The notes under the pieces: generated by a model | Told to the model about the DNA's origin: nothing | Databases searched by the model: none | Seen by the model: only the letters and a program-made list of their open reading frames with translations | Made by a program: the position numbers and the translations under genes | IMG/VR virus record: IMGVR_UViG_3300008266_011056 | Reading direction: 5' to 3' (one strand) | From: an uncultured virus (IMG/VR IMGVR_UViG_3300008266_011056) | Lineage: Duplodnaviria > Heunggongvirae > Uroviricota > Caudoviricetes | Length of the DNA stretch: 64,000 nt | Part shown: positions 8,209-16,833 of the stretch, piece by piece | Layout of the letters: every line of letters begins with the position of its first letter | Numbering within the stretch: position 1 is the first letter of the stretch

Positions 8209-9041
8209 TATGTACCCCATTCATTTTTAAAAAGAGGTACCTGTAATCTATCTGAGTACCTAAAACCCTTATTCATAGCTAATTCAGCTACTTTTCTATT
8301 ATTCATGTGGTATACAGATTCTACACCACCTACAGGCATTAAATAAACCGGGCCACTAAAACCTGCACTTTGATATTGGAAGACAGCCTTTTGCGCTTCT
8401 TCCGCGTCTTCTTCTGTAGCAACGACAAACTTAAGATAGGTGTAACCAACCTTTTCATATTCACGAACAACTTCTGGCTTGATAGCCTCTTCCCACTTCT
8501 CACCTGATACAGATAGTTTAGGTGAAACTGAAAAAGTTATTTCGTCGTAATTAAAAGAGTTAGTTAGATATTTTCTAAACTCGCTAGACAGCTCTTGAGT
8601 ACCGTTAGTCTCAAAAGTAACTTCTTTAAGACCTAACATAAGTCTATGGCTTAGTAAATCAGGATAAGCTTTTTGCCATCCTAATAGAGGCTCACCACCA
8701 GTAATAACTAGATGTTCATCTTTCCATCTTTTATGCGGAAGCATTTCGATAATGGCTTGTGCAATTGCTTCACTATCCAGAACAGGGGATAAGTGCTTAA
8801 AGCGAGGATCCCAAGAAGCGTAAGAATCACAGCCAGTAGATACAAGAGGAAGATCCTGGTAAGATTTGTAACTATCAGGGTTAACTTTAAGATACTCATC
8901 GGTCCTTTCACCTTTAGGCATACCGAAACCTTCACATTTGAAGTTACATCCGAAGGTTCTTAGGAAGACAGAAGGTACGCCCATATAGCGACCTTCACCT
9001 TGAATGGAGTAAAATAACTCCGCGACTTTAATCTTTGACAT
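8208..9041 (-). CDS. queE: 7-carboxy-7-deazaguanine synthase (radical SAM)
   Basis: ELFYSIQGEG, FLRTFGCNFKC...GCDS, VITGGEPLL, ETNGT, SVSPKL, LKFVV, YLMP. Confidence 0.93.
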   Translation of the reverse strand: MSKIKVAELFYSIQGEGRYMGVPSVFLRTFGCNFKCEGFGMPKGERTDEYLKVNPDSYKSYQDLPLVSTGCDSYASWDPRFKHLSPVLDSEAIAQAIIEMLPHKRWKDEHLVITGGEPLLGWQKAYPDLLSHRLMLGLKEVTFETNGTQELSSEFRKYLTNSFNYDEITFSVSPKLSVSGEKWEEAIKPEVVREYEKVGYTYLKFVVATEEDAEEAQKAVFQYQSAGFSGPVYLMPVGGVESVYHMNNRKVAELAMNKGFRYSDRLQVPLFKNEWGT

Positions 9042-9058
9042 TAATGCTCCTAGTTAGA

Positions 9059-9083
9059 TGACGGGTGGAAGGGCACCCGATCA
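9059..9083 (-). promoter_or_regulatory. GC-rich hairpin in the 5' leader of the deazaguanine operon
   Basis: Minus strand TGA-T-CGGGTG-CCCTTC-CACCCG-TCA, just upstream of the queE RBS (AGGAG); no U-tract. Confidence 0.5.
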
Positions 9084-9095
9084 CACGTACATGAT

Positions 9096-9124
9096 ATAAT
9101 ATATTATTTATTCTAAATCATCAA
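9096..9124 (-). promoter_or_regulatory. Putative sigma70-type promoter for the deazaguanine operon
   Basis: TTGATG-N17-TATTAT on the minus strand, about 55 nt upstream of the queE ATG; also contains AATAAATA. Confidence 0.45.
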
Positions 9125-9686
9125 GAAAGTTTGGTATATTTTCTTCTTTTTCTTTCTTTTTCTTTTTAGTAGTTACTTCTCTTCGCTCAGGCTCTATAGT
9201 ATCTACTTGTTTACGCATAAGTTCTATAATGTGATTTGTATATTCTTCGTTATCCGAAGAATGTTCAAGTAACTGTTCAAAGTCAATATTTTCTAGTAAC
9301 TTATATTTTGTTGCTTGTTGTTTCTTTTCTTTCTGAATACGCCTTACAAACGCAAAGTAAATAATCTGTGTATAATATGCAAATGGGTTTGTAGATCGAG
9401 TAGGGTCAAATTTTTCTACAGCAGTAAGACAATTTTCGATACCGTCCGATATCATATCGTCTTTGTAGGAATAGTTTATAAAATTAGCTTTATAGGATAA
9501 GTGAGTTGCAATTTTTAAAAAACATTCTCCTAAGTAATTACTAACTCTAGGCTTTTCTAAACCATTAGCTACTGCGTGATCCACCTGCTTCTTATACTCA
9601 ACTAGCGCTTCAAAAAATTTTTTGTTATCTACGTAATGAGCAGGAACCTTTTTTTGTTCAGTGGTATGTTCTTGTTGCTCCATCAT
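9108..9686 (-). CDS. gp55: T4 gp55-like late transcription sigma factor
   Basis: HYVDNKKF, YLGECFLKIA, DDMISDGIENC, NPFAYYTQIIYFAFVRRIQKEKKQ. Start likely 9683 or 9686. Confidence 0.93.
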   Translation of the reverse strand: MMEQQEHTTEQKKVPAHYVDNKKFFEALVEYKKQVDHAVANGLEKPRVSNYLGECFLKIATHLSYKANFINYSYKDDMISDGIENCLTAVEKFDPTRSTNPFAYYTQIIYFAFVRRIQKEKKQQATKYKLLENIDFEQLLEHSSDNEEYTNHIIELMRKQVDTIEPERREVTTKKKKKEKEENIPNFLDDLE

Positions 9687-10098
9687 CTTCTTCCTCTTCA
9701 TCATACAACTCATCACGAGCTGATACTGCTTCCATTAATTGTTGCAAGATGTCACTTTCTGATAAAGCTTCAGGTGATGCTTCTTGACTCTCTTGAAATT
9801 CTTGATCGTGTTTCATTTGTAAAAACTCATTATACTGCTCTACAGCACTATCCGTAATATCTACAGCAGTTAGTATAGAAGAAGTAGGTATAACCATGAT
9901 GTTAGATTTAGATATCTTAATCCATGGTTGCATAATATAAGTTTCAATTACCATATTACCCCGAGGAAATCTTGCGGATCTAATCAGTACAGGGTCTTGT
10001 ATTTGTATAAAGGAGATAGTAGCACCGGGTAAATAATCATCACTCACCATAGCTATAACATCCTCACCATTAGTTAGCTTTAAAAATTTACATTGCAT
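9658..10098 (-). CDS. Conserved hypothetical protein of T4-like phages (between uvsW and gp55)
   Basis: LKLTNGEDVIA...PW motif, acidic tail, typical syntenic position. Confidence 0.7.
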   Translation of the reverse strand: MQCKFLKLTNGEDVIAMVSDDYLPGATISFIQIQDPVLIRSARFPRGNMVIETYIMQPWIKISKSNIMVIPTSSILTAVDITDSAVEQYNEFLQMKHDQEFQESQEASPEALSESDILQQLMEAVSARDELYDEEEEDDGATRTYH

Positions 10099-11575
10099 TA
10101 ATATCTACCTTTATAAGTTTATACTCAAAATGCTCATCATTGTAAATCTTGACTCTTTCAATCATATGTAGTAGAGTATAATTCTTCCTTGTCTTCCAGG
10201 TTAAATCATCACCAATGTCGAAGAGTGTACAGGTATTCTTAGTATCACTTTTTCTTAATCCTCTACCTATAGATTGAAGATTTCGAATTCTTGACTTGGT
10301 AGGTGATGCAAATATAACATTGTGTAGGTTTCTTATATTTATCCCTGTGGAAAATGTACCGTAAGAAGCTACAATAATAGCATCTGTTTCCTCTTCTGTA
10401 ATCTTCCTAATATCTTCTCTAATTTGAGTCTCTACACCACCATGGACAAAAAATACTTTTCTATCTTGAGCTTTTGCTTGAATTAAATCATTCAGTATTT
10501 TACCGTGTTTTTCTACGAATTGATATAGTACTAGTGTGTTTCCTGTCTGTGCTAAAGCTAGGTTGCGAATAAACTTATTTCTAGGGGGAAACGTGCATAA
10601 AAACTCCATTTCCTCTGCATAAGTATATTCTTTGCATTGTTTTCTTATACTATCTTCATACTGTAAAACAATACCTTTGATTTTTAGTTCTGCCAATTGC
10701 TCACGATCCATGAGCTCTTTAGTTGTTGTGACCTTATATACCGGTCCAAACAAGCCTTCTAGAACTAACTTGTGTGTCTTTGTGCCGTCTAGTGTACCTG
10801 TAGTTCCAACTCTATAAGGGGAGTTAACCATCTTATGCATAATACTAGTTAACGACTTAGCCTTGAATGTATGTGCTTCGTCACCATAGACTACTTGAAA
10901 TGGGGCAAAGAATTGCTTAGGAAGTTCATATACTGACTGCCAAGTAGATATAACTATCTCTGATTCATTAGACTTCTCAAACCCTGAATATATCTTTGCA
11001 CAATGTCTAGATACTTTCCATTCGTTATTCTTTGAATAGGATTGAAAGTCTGAATACATCTGTTCAACTAGAGATGTAGTAGGAACTAAAATGAGCTGCT
11101 TTCTTTTAAACAACTCATTCCATCTAAGAAGACAATATATGATTAGAGATTTACCTGACCCGGTAGGTGATAGGAGTAAACGTCTTCCGTCTTGTATAGC
11201 TCTGAATACTGCGTCGATTTGATAGTCTCGAATAGTCTCATTGCCAGGTAAAGATAAATCTAACTCTTTACAAAACTTTTCAACTATCTCGTATGTAACA
11301 CTATCGCTTGTCTCTACATATTCAGAGTTATCTACAGTATAACCGTTTACTTGCGCGAAATGCTCTAGATAAGATTTTAACCCAACATATAACTCTCGAG
11401 TTAGCATAGAAAATAATCTTATCTTTCCATCCCACATCTTGTTTCTGTATAATGGACTGAATTTAGCGCCAGGTACTTCAAAAGTAAAATGATCAGATAT
11501 CTCCTGTGATGTAGAAGGATCTGTATGCACACTTAAGTATACATCATTTTTCTTTATTAATTTGATTACCGACAT
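10088..11575 (-). CDS. uvsW: UvsW RNA-DNA/DNA helicase (SF2)
   Basis: WDGKIRLF, RDYQ, SPTGSGKS, DEAH, GTTGT, QSIGRGLR. Confidence 0.95.
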   Translation of the reverse strand: MSVIKLIKKNDVYLSVHTDPSTSQEISDHFTFEVPGAKFSPLYRNKMWDGKIRLFSMLTRELYVGLKSYLEHFAQVNGYTVDNSEYVETSDSVTYEIVEKFCKELDLSLPGNETIRDYQIDAVFRAIQDGRRLLLSPTGSGKSLIIYCLLRWNELFKRKQLILVPTTSLVEQMYSDFQSYSKNNEWKVSRHCAKIYSGFEKSNESEIVISTWQSVYELPKQFFAPFQVVYGDEAHTFKAKSLTSIMHKMVNSPYRVGTTGTLDGTKTHKLVLEGLFGPVYKVTTTKELMDREQLAELKIKGIVLQYEDSIRKQCKEYTYAEEMEFLCTFPPRNKFIRNLALAQTGNTLVLYQFVEKHGKILNDLIQAKAQDRKVFFVHGGVETQIREDIRKITEEETDAIIVASYGTFSTGINIRNLHNVIFASPTKSRIRNLQSIGRGLRKSDTKNTCTLFDIGDDLTWKTRKNYTLLHMIERVKIYNDEHFEYKLIKVDINAM

Positions 11576-12015
11576 TAAATCATACCATTAGAAAACTTAT
11601 GCCATTCTATAGCCGATTTTATATCCCAAGTTCTAGAGTTAAGTGAACGAATAATTTGTTCTAACGTATACACTATAGTTCTAAAGTATTCTATTTTATC
11701 TTCAAATTCTATAAGATCTTTATCACAGTTAAGAAACTCGTCCATCTCGTTTTTAAGTGGTTTATTACCTTGCCACTGTTCCCAACCATACTGGATGAGT
11801 TCTTCCTGCGATAGCTCACCTCGATAATAACGATACTTCATTCTTCGGGTATTATAATACTCTGACTCAGCTTTGCGAAGTTTTAATTTCGCATTAGATA
11901 GAAAGGTAATATATTTGGAGTGAAGAGTGGGAACCTTAGTAGATTCTCTACCTAGATTAAGTTCATCTATAACAGAGTCCCTTTTCCACTCTTCTTGTAA
12001 TTCACTTAATTTCAT
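11575..12015 (-). CDS. uvsY: UvsY recombination mediator
   Basis: W..DS.ID, LHSKY, YYRG and R.WDIKSAIEW.KF..G; adjacent to uvsW. Confidence 0.9.
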   Translation of the reverse strand: MKLSELQEEWKRDSVIDELNLGRESTKVPTLHSKYITFLSNAKLKLRKAESEYYNTRRMKYRYYRGELSQEELIQYGWEQWQGNKPLKNEMDEFLNCDKDLIEFEDKIEYFRTIVYTLEQIIRSLNSRTWDIKSAIEWHKFSNGMI

Positions 12016-12029
12016 AATATAAGGTGTTA

Positions 12030-12941
12030 TTAAGCGCGCTCTAGCTCGTCAGGGAGGTCAATGGTCTTAATATCTTGACGAACAGGTTGTGTTGTCTCAA
12101 TAGGAGGCCCGAATTGAATGATAGCCTGAGGATTACCCTGGAAGCAGAAGTGACCATAGTGGTTAAGCGAGATAGAAGGGTCAAGCCAGATATCACCACC
12201 TAGTTCTTGCCAACGACGACAGAAGGTATAATCTTCTGATAGATAACGACGATCAATAGGATCGATCATAGTATCGAATAAGGCATAGAAATTATCACCT
12301 AGATCAGTATTACCTAGAGCAACATCGTTGTTGTATCTTAGCTCAGGATAGGCTTTGATCATTTTAAGAATTGCGTCTCTCTTAATCATCATAAAGCCGG
12401 TCCCTGCATCATGTAGTTTAATTACTCCACGATCTACAGCAACAGACTTTGCCTCTTTATCTACAAACTTGAAGTTAATAGCATAGTCAGAACCAAAGGC
12501 AGCAATCTCTTTATCAGACAATTGCTTGTCTTTAAAATTACTATCCTGCATGGTTTCTTTAATACGCTGCCATGCAACACCCTTTTTAGGATAAGCACCA
12601 ACCACTACATCTCTATCATGGTAGTATAGTTTAAGAACATCTTCTACTTGAAACTCAATATCAGCATCGATGAAGAGTAGATGTGTATAATCGGAGTTAA
12701 GGAAGTAAGCTACTAGCACATTACGTGCGCGTGTTACTAGCGATTCGTTAGCAATAGTACCAAATGCTAGAGGTACTTGATGCTGATTAAAGAATGTCAT
12801 CATCTTGATGACAGAACGGAAGTACGGTTCGTTTAACTGACCACCATAACAAGGAGTGGCGATGAAGAATTTATTCTTACGCAATTCTTCAACGTTGATC
12901 TGAATTTGTCTTTGATTCTTACTCATATTTTCTACTTCCAT
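12030..12941 (-). CDS. GT-A fold glycosyltransferase-like protein
   Basis: IATPCYGG, ESLVTRARN, DxD motif LLFIDADI, GAYPKK, GTGFMMI, YLSEDYTFCRRW. Confidence 0.8.
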   Translation of the reverse strand: MEVENMSKNQRQIQINVEELRKNKFFIATPCYGGQLNEPYFRSVIKMMTFFNQHQVPLAFGTIANESLVTRARNVLVAYFLNSDYTHLLFIDADIEFQVEDVLKLYYHDRDVVVGAYPKKGVAWQRIKETMQDSNFKDKQLSDKEIAAFGSDYAINFKFVDKEAKSVAVDRGVIKLHDAGTGFMMIKRDAILKMIKAYPELRYNNDVALGNTDLGDNFYALFDTMIDPIDRRYLSEDYTFCRRWQELGGDIWLDPSISLNHYGHFCFQGNPQAIIQFGPPIETTQPVRQDIKTIDLPDELERA

Positions 12942-12959
12942 AATAACTCCAATAAAAAA

Positions 12960-13547
12960 TTAAAGTGTTTTCACTTCAAATGTCGTATATTTAAATGAAG
13001 CGATTCCTACAAAATATTCTACACTACTCGACGTTATATCAAAATCTAATGCTTCAACTGAAACTGGGAATGTGTCCTTAAATAATATTTCTGTTTTTGG
13101 TATATTATTACTATCTAAGATAGTTAACGTTGCATCAGAATAAGCTATACCTCCAGTTGATCTAGTACCATCTGCTGAAACAAATGGAAAACGGTTTAGC
13201 CTTTCACCTACAAATGCACTATAATCATTATAGTTGTTAGGGAAGCCAAGTGCAATCATCCATTCCAATAATTCCAGATAATTTGACATATCTTCTGCAA
13301 TTAGGAACCTAATAGCAAAATCACCGTAACCTAACTTATCACCAAAAACAGGAACGTCTACAAAAGGTGTAGGTTGAATTGCTGAACCTAATGCCAGTTG
13401 CGGTAAATTAGCCGATTGACAAGTGTAAGCCACTCTGGGTAAATCCTTAATTACGAATCTAAACGCATTAGGACGTAAGTAATTATATACTACCGGAGGA
13501 CCGGAACTAATAGACTCTTTTAACTCTGCTATATTAGTAGTAAACAT
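12960..13547 (-). CDS. gp3: Tail completion / sheath terminator gp3-like
   Basis: NYLRPNAFRF, CQSANLP, FLIAEDMSNY, SDATLTIL, F.D.FP; directly follows the capsid gene. Confidence 0.85.
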   Translation of the reverse strand: MFTTNIAELKESISSGPPVVYNYLRPNAFRFVIKDLPRVAYTCQSANLPQLALGSAIQPTPFVDVPVFGDKLGYGDFAIRFLIAEDMSNYLELLEWMIALGFPNNYNDYSAFVGERLNRFPFVSADGTRSTGGIAYSDATLTILDSNNIPKTEILFKDTFPVSVEALDFDITSSSVEYFVGIASFKYTTFEVKTL

Positions 13548-13579
13548 GAAAAAAATCCATCCTTTTTAGTACTTTTATA

Positions 13580-13587
13580 TATTTATC
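13580..13587 (-). promoter_or_regulatory. Late promoter-like element upstream of gp3
   Basis: GATAAATA (7/8 match to TATAAATA) just after the capsid terminator. Confidence 0.55.
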
Positions 13588-13590
13588 CAT

Positions 13591-13616
13591 AAAAAAAGAG
13601 GGCCCGAAGGCCCTCT
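13591..13616 (-). terminator. Rho-independent terminator after the major capsid gene
   Basis: Minus strand AGAGGGCC-TTCG-GGCCCTCT followed by a T-run; C(UUCG)G tetraloop typical of T4-like phages. Confidence 0.92.
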
Positions 13617-13661
13617 TAAACCCGATCTATGTCGGTTACTTTCTAGCCCCGCAGAGCTAGA

Positions 13662-14993
13662 TTACATTAAGTTTACAACCTTAGTACGACGATAGTACTG
13701 GTTACGGTTTGCAGTAAATGTATCTGTATCTGCAACTGCACTATTAGCGTTAGTTGTTACATATGGGTTAGCAATCATACCGTAACGAGTCTTGAAGCCA
13801 ATCTTTGGCTGGAAGCTGCTAGGATCAACTGCACGAACCATCTGTAGAGGAACATATGGGCAGTAGAACATACCTGCGTCATATGGTGAAGTACCCTTAT
13901 AACCAACAACGTAGAACTGCGATGCAGCACCTAGGTTAGCTGAATATGGGTCGATGTAGACACGATAACGACCGTTTAGGATACCAGCAAAAGTGTTACC
14001 TGTGTCATCAACGTTTAAGTTAGTTGATAGAGCAGGTGCGTAGTCAAGTACGCCAGCCATTGACAATGCAGAAGCTACGTCAGCTGAACATACGATGAAG
14101 TTACCTTTCCCTCTACGGGTGTCTTGACCGATGTGATTAGCATCACGCTCGATGTTGAATAAGAGACCCTTGAAGCGCTCAACAGACCAACGGCCATTTG
14201 AGTCAACATCTAGGTTAAAGGTACCAGCTGTTGCTGTAGCAGGTGAACCTGGCTTAGCAACTTTGTAGATTGTACGAACTACTTCACGGTTGATTTCAAA
14301 CATAATTTCTTGTGAAAGAATGTTTGATAACTCTGACTCAGCGTCAAGACCATGAACTGCTTTTAAGTCTTGTGCTAATTCTAGAGTGTACTCAGCTTTT
14401 AGAGCACGTGAACGAGCTGTAACAGTTGTCTTGTCAATAGCAAATGCCATTGAACCGAAGTTGTTAGTAGAAGCATCACCTAAAGCTTCTGCTTCAGCTG
14501 TGGTCATACCACCACCAGTTGTGTAAGAACCATCAACTGGGTTTGAACCAGTGTGTGAACCGTTCTTAGCTGTACCAGCGTATGCTGTATCGTAACCTGA
14601 AGACGAGAAGTCGGTATCAGCTTCGTTGTATAGAGCTTCAGTTAGACCTGAATCTGTACGAACGTTACCGTATACGGAACGCATTGCAAAAATTAGACCT
14701 GTAGGACCAGTCATTGGCTGAACACCGCAAATGTCATATGCCATTAAGTTAGGCATTGCACGACGAACTAGACCAATAAGAATTGGGTCATACTTGTCGA
14801 TACCAGCTGTGTCAGAAATGTTGTTTGCAGGTGCTGCTTCTTGCAACATTGCACGCTCTTCACGAAGAGCTTTCTCTTGGTTTTCAAGAAGAACGGCGGT
14901 AACCGACTTCTTATATTGATCTTTAATTTCAGGAAGATCTTCGTGGTTTAGGATCTTGCCCCACTTTTCCTGAAGTTGTTCTGATAGGTACAT
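13662..14993 (-). CDS. gp23: Major capsid protein
   Basis: LVRRAMPNLMAYDICGVQPMTGPTGLIFAMR, SRALKAEYTLELAQDLKAVHGLDAE, FQPKIGFKTRYG. Confidence 0.98.
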   Translation of the reverse strand: MYLSEQLQEKWGKILNHEDLPEIKDQYKKSVTAVLLENQEKALREERAMLQEAAPANNISDTAGIDKYDPILIGLVRRAMPNLMAYDICGVQPMTGPTGLIFAMRSVYGNVRTDSGLTEALYNEADTDFSSSGYDTAYAGTAKNGSHTGSNPVDGSYTTGGGMTTAEAEALGDASTNNFGSMAFAIDKTTVTARSRALKAEYTLELAQDLKAVHGLDAESELSNILSQEIMFEINREVVRTIYKVAKPGSPATATAGTFNLDVDSNGRWSVERFKGLLFNIERDANHIGQDTRRGKGNFIVCSADVASALSMAGVLDYAPALSTNLNVDDTGNTFAGILNGRYRVYIDPYSANLGAASQFYVVGYKGTSPYDAGMFYCPYVPLQMVRAVDPSSFQPKIGFKTRYGMIANPYVTTNANSAVADTDTFTANRNQYYRRTKVVNLM

Positions 14994-15022
14994 TACCTTC
15001 TCCTTTTATGGAAATGTTTTAT

Positions 15023-15030
15023 TATTTATA
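15023..15030 (-). promoter_or_regulatory. T4-type late promoter for gp23
   Basis: Exact TATAAATA on the minus strand in the gp22-gp23 gap. Confidence 0.85.
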
Positions 15031-15032
15031 AA

Positions 15033-16136
15033 TTAACGTGACTTGACGGTTCTTGATAAGCTCTGAACGTACTTAGCCATTGGATCGTTACTGTTGAAAG
15101 TAGGTGTTGTACCACTTTCTTCAACGAGCATTTTCTCTGGAGAATTCTTTGCAGCTTTAGGGAAATAATTTTCTTTAATAACTGAAATTTTCTCACGGTA
15201 GAGATCTTCTGAACCAAAGTCAATACCTTCCACTAACTTCTTAAGTTTTGCAACTTCAGTGTCGGCTAAACCTTTGGTTTGCTCTTCAAAAATCTTAGAA
15301 GCTTTTAGTTCTTCTAATTCTTTTGCGAGCTCAATATTTGCATCAATAGATTCATTTAACTTGCTTTCTAGTTCTTCAGTCTTAGTCTGAAGTTCATCCA
15401 TCACATCATACTTCTCTTCAGGTACTTCGATGTAATGTTCAACAAATAAGTTCTTAAGACCAGAAATAAAGTCTTCAGCAATCTCTGTTCTTAAACCAGA
15501 GTCAATAGCAACTTGGTTTTCTTCCATCCATTGCTCAACAACATAATTAAGATAACCGTCAACCTTCTCAACGATTGTCTCTTTAAATGTTGCTAATTCA
15601 GCAGCTGCTTGCTCTTCTAGCTTTGCAACTACTTTATCCATTTCGGAATTAACTCTTGCAATAACTGCTGCTTCGAAAATAGAAGTAGCTTTTGATTTAA
15701 ATTCTTCTGATAGTTCTTCACCGAAGATAGAGTTTAGTTCAGCACTAACATCTAGTGCTTCTTCCTCTTCTTCAACGATAACTTCTTCGTCATGTTCTTC
15801 TTCTTCCATTGCTTGAGTCTTTACAGACTTAGCATCACCCTTTGTGTTAAGAGTGTTTGGCTCTTTAGACATTTTAGAAGAAGCAGTTTTACCTGGCTCT
15901 AAATCGTCTAGTTTTTCCATGGAAGGATCTTCAGATGAACCTTGCTTAGGTTGAGTGGTATCACCAGCAATGGCAGCCTGACCAGCTTTAGAAGTGTCTT
16001 TCTTCGCGCTACTAGCTGCTTTGCTGCCGGCATCACCATAGCCAGCTGCATTTAGGTTTTCTGCAGACTCTTCAGTCAATTGCTTCTGCTCGTTTGCACG
16101 AGATAGCAATTCTTTAATTTTAGCTTCGACTGACAT
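15033..16136 (-). CDS. gp22: Prohead core scaffold protein
   Basis: ELSEEFKSKATSIFEAAV, VDGYLNYVVEQWMEEN, FISGLKNLFVEHYI; acidic coiled coil between gp21 and gp23. Confidence 0.92.
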   Translation of the reverse strand: MSVEAKIKELLSRANEQKQLTEESAENLNAAGYGDAGSKAASSAKKDTSKAGQAAIAGDTTQPKQGSSEDPSMEKLDDLEPGKTASSKMSKEPNTLNTKGDAKSVKTQAMEEEEHDEEVIVEEEEEALDVSAELNSIFGEELSEEFKSKATSIFEAAVIARVNSEMDKVVAKLEEQAAAELATFKETIVEKVDGYLNYVVEQWMEENQVAIDSGLRTEIAEDFISGLKNLFVEHYIEVPEEKYDVMDELQTKTEELESKLNESIDANIELAKELEELKASKIFEEQTKGLADTEVAKLKKLVEGIDFGSEDLYREKISVIKENYFPKAAKNSPEKMLVEESGTTPTFNSNDPMAKYVQSLSRTVKSR

Positions 16137-16169
16137 CCTGATCTCCTAAGAGTTTGTTTTAACAATTAA

Positions 16170-16177
16170 TATTTATA
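16170..16177 (-). promoter_or_regulatory. T4-type late promoter for gp22
   Basis: Exact TATAAATA in the intergenic gap. Confidence 0.85.
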
Positions 16178-16185
16178 AAGATTAG

Positions 16186-16833
16186 TTACTTGATAGTTCT
16201 TAAAAATGATTCAAAAACACGCAATTTTGTATCTGCTAATTCGGTTTTTGAAGCCTTTTTAATCGCCTTCTGAGCTTGTTCAACTTGTACAGCTTTCCAA
16301 ACTCCGTTTTCTAAAATCCACTCTGCAGACTCCATAATGCCTTGTACAAAAGCATCTGGTGCAGAAGGATCAGCAACGATATCCACTGTAACTAAATGAA
16401 AATCGTCTTGTACTTCATTAACGCCTTGTTTATTAGCTTTTAATGAACCCAGACCACGCGTAGATACTCCTAAACGAACCTCGTTCTCAATTAGATTACG
16501 AGCAATATTACCCATAGGAGTTTCTAAAATTTTTGCCTTACCATACACATCTTTACCATTCATTTCTAACTTGGTAATTAAATGTGATACTTTATCTAAA
16601 TTAACGGAAGGATTAGGAGGATGACCTAATTCACCTAATGAACGTCTTTCGTTAATAAGGTCTTGATACTTACCGACCTCACGCTCCATTAAGTTAGAGC
16701 CATAGATTCTACCGTTTTTATTTTCTTTATCGGACTGACCGAAGATACCTTCGATGTAAAAATTCTTTCTACCGTCTTCTCTAGCTTCGGTAAGGAACTT
16801 AACGTCCTGAACTGTTTCAGTAATTAGTTTCAT
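16186..16833 (-). CDS. gp21: Prohead protease
   Basis: MKLITE, NKNGRIY, LGELGHP, GVSTRGLGSL, DIVADPSAPDAFV. Confidence 0.96.
   Translation of the reverse strand: MKLITETVQDVKFLTEAREDGRKNFYIEGIFGQSDKENKNGRIYGSNLMEREVGKYQDLINERRSLGELGHPPNPSVNLDKVSHLITKLEMNGKDVYGKAKILETPMGNIARNLIENEVRLGVSTRGLGSLKANKQGVNEVQDDFHLVTVDIVADPSAPDAFVQGIMESAEWILENGVWKAVQVEQAQKAIKKASKTELADTKLRVFESFLRTIK

Noticed and set aside
181..9041. Queuosine tRNA-modification auxiliary pathway
   Set aside because: No queA, queG or queH, and the TGT-like protein lacks canonical bacterial Tgt features such as the zinc site; DNA modification is more likely, though not proven.
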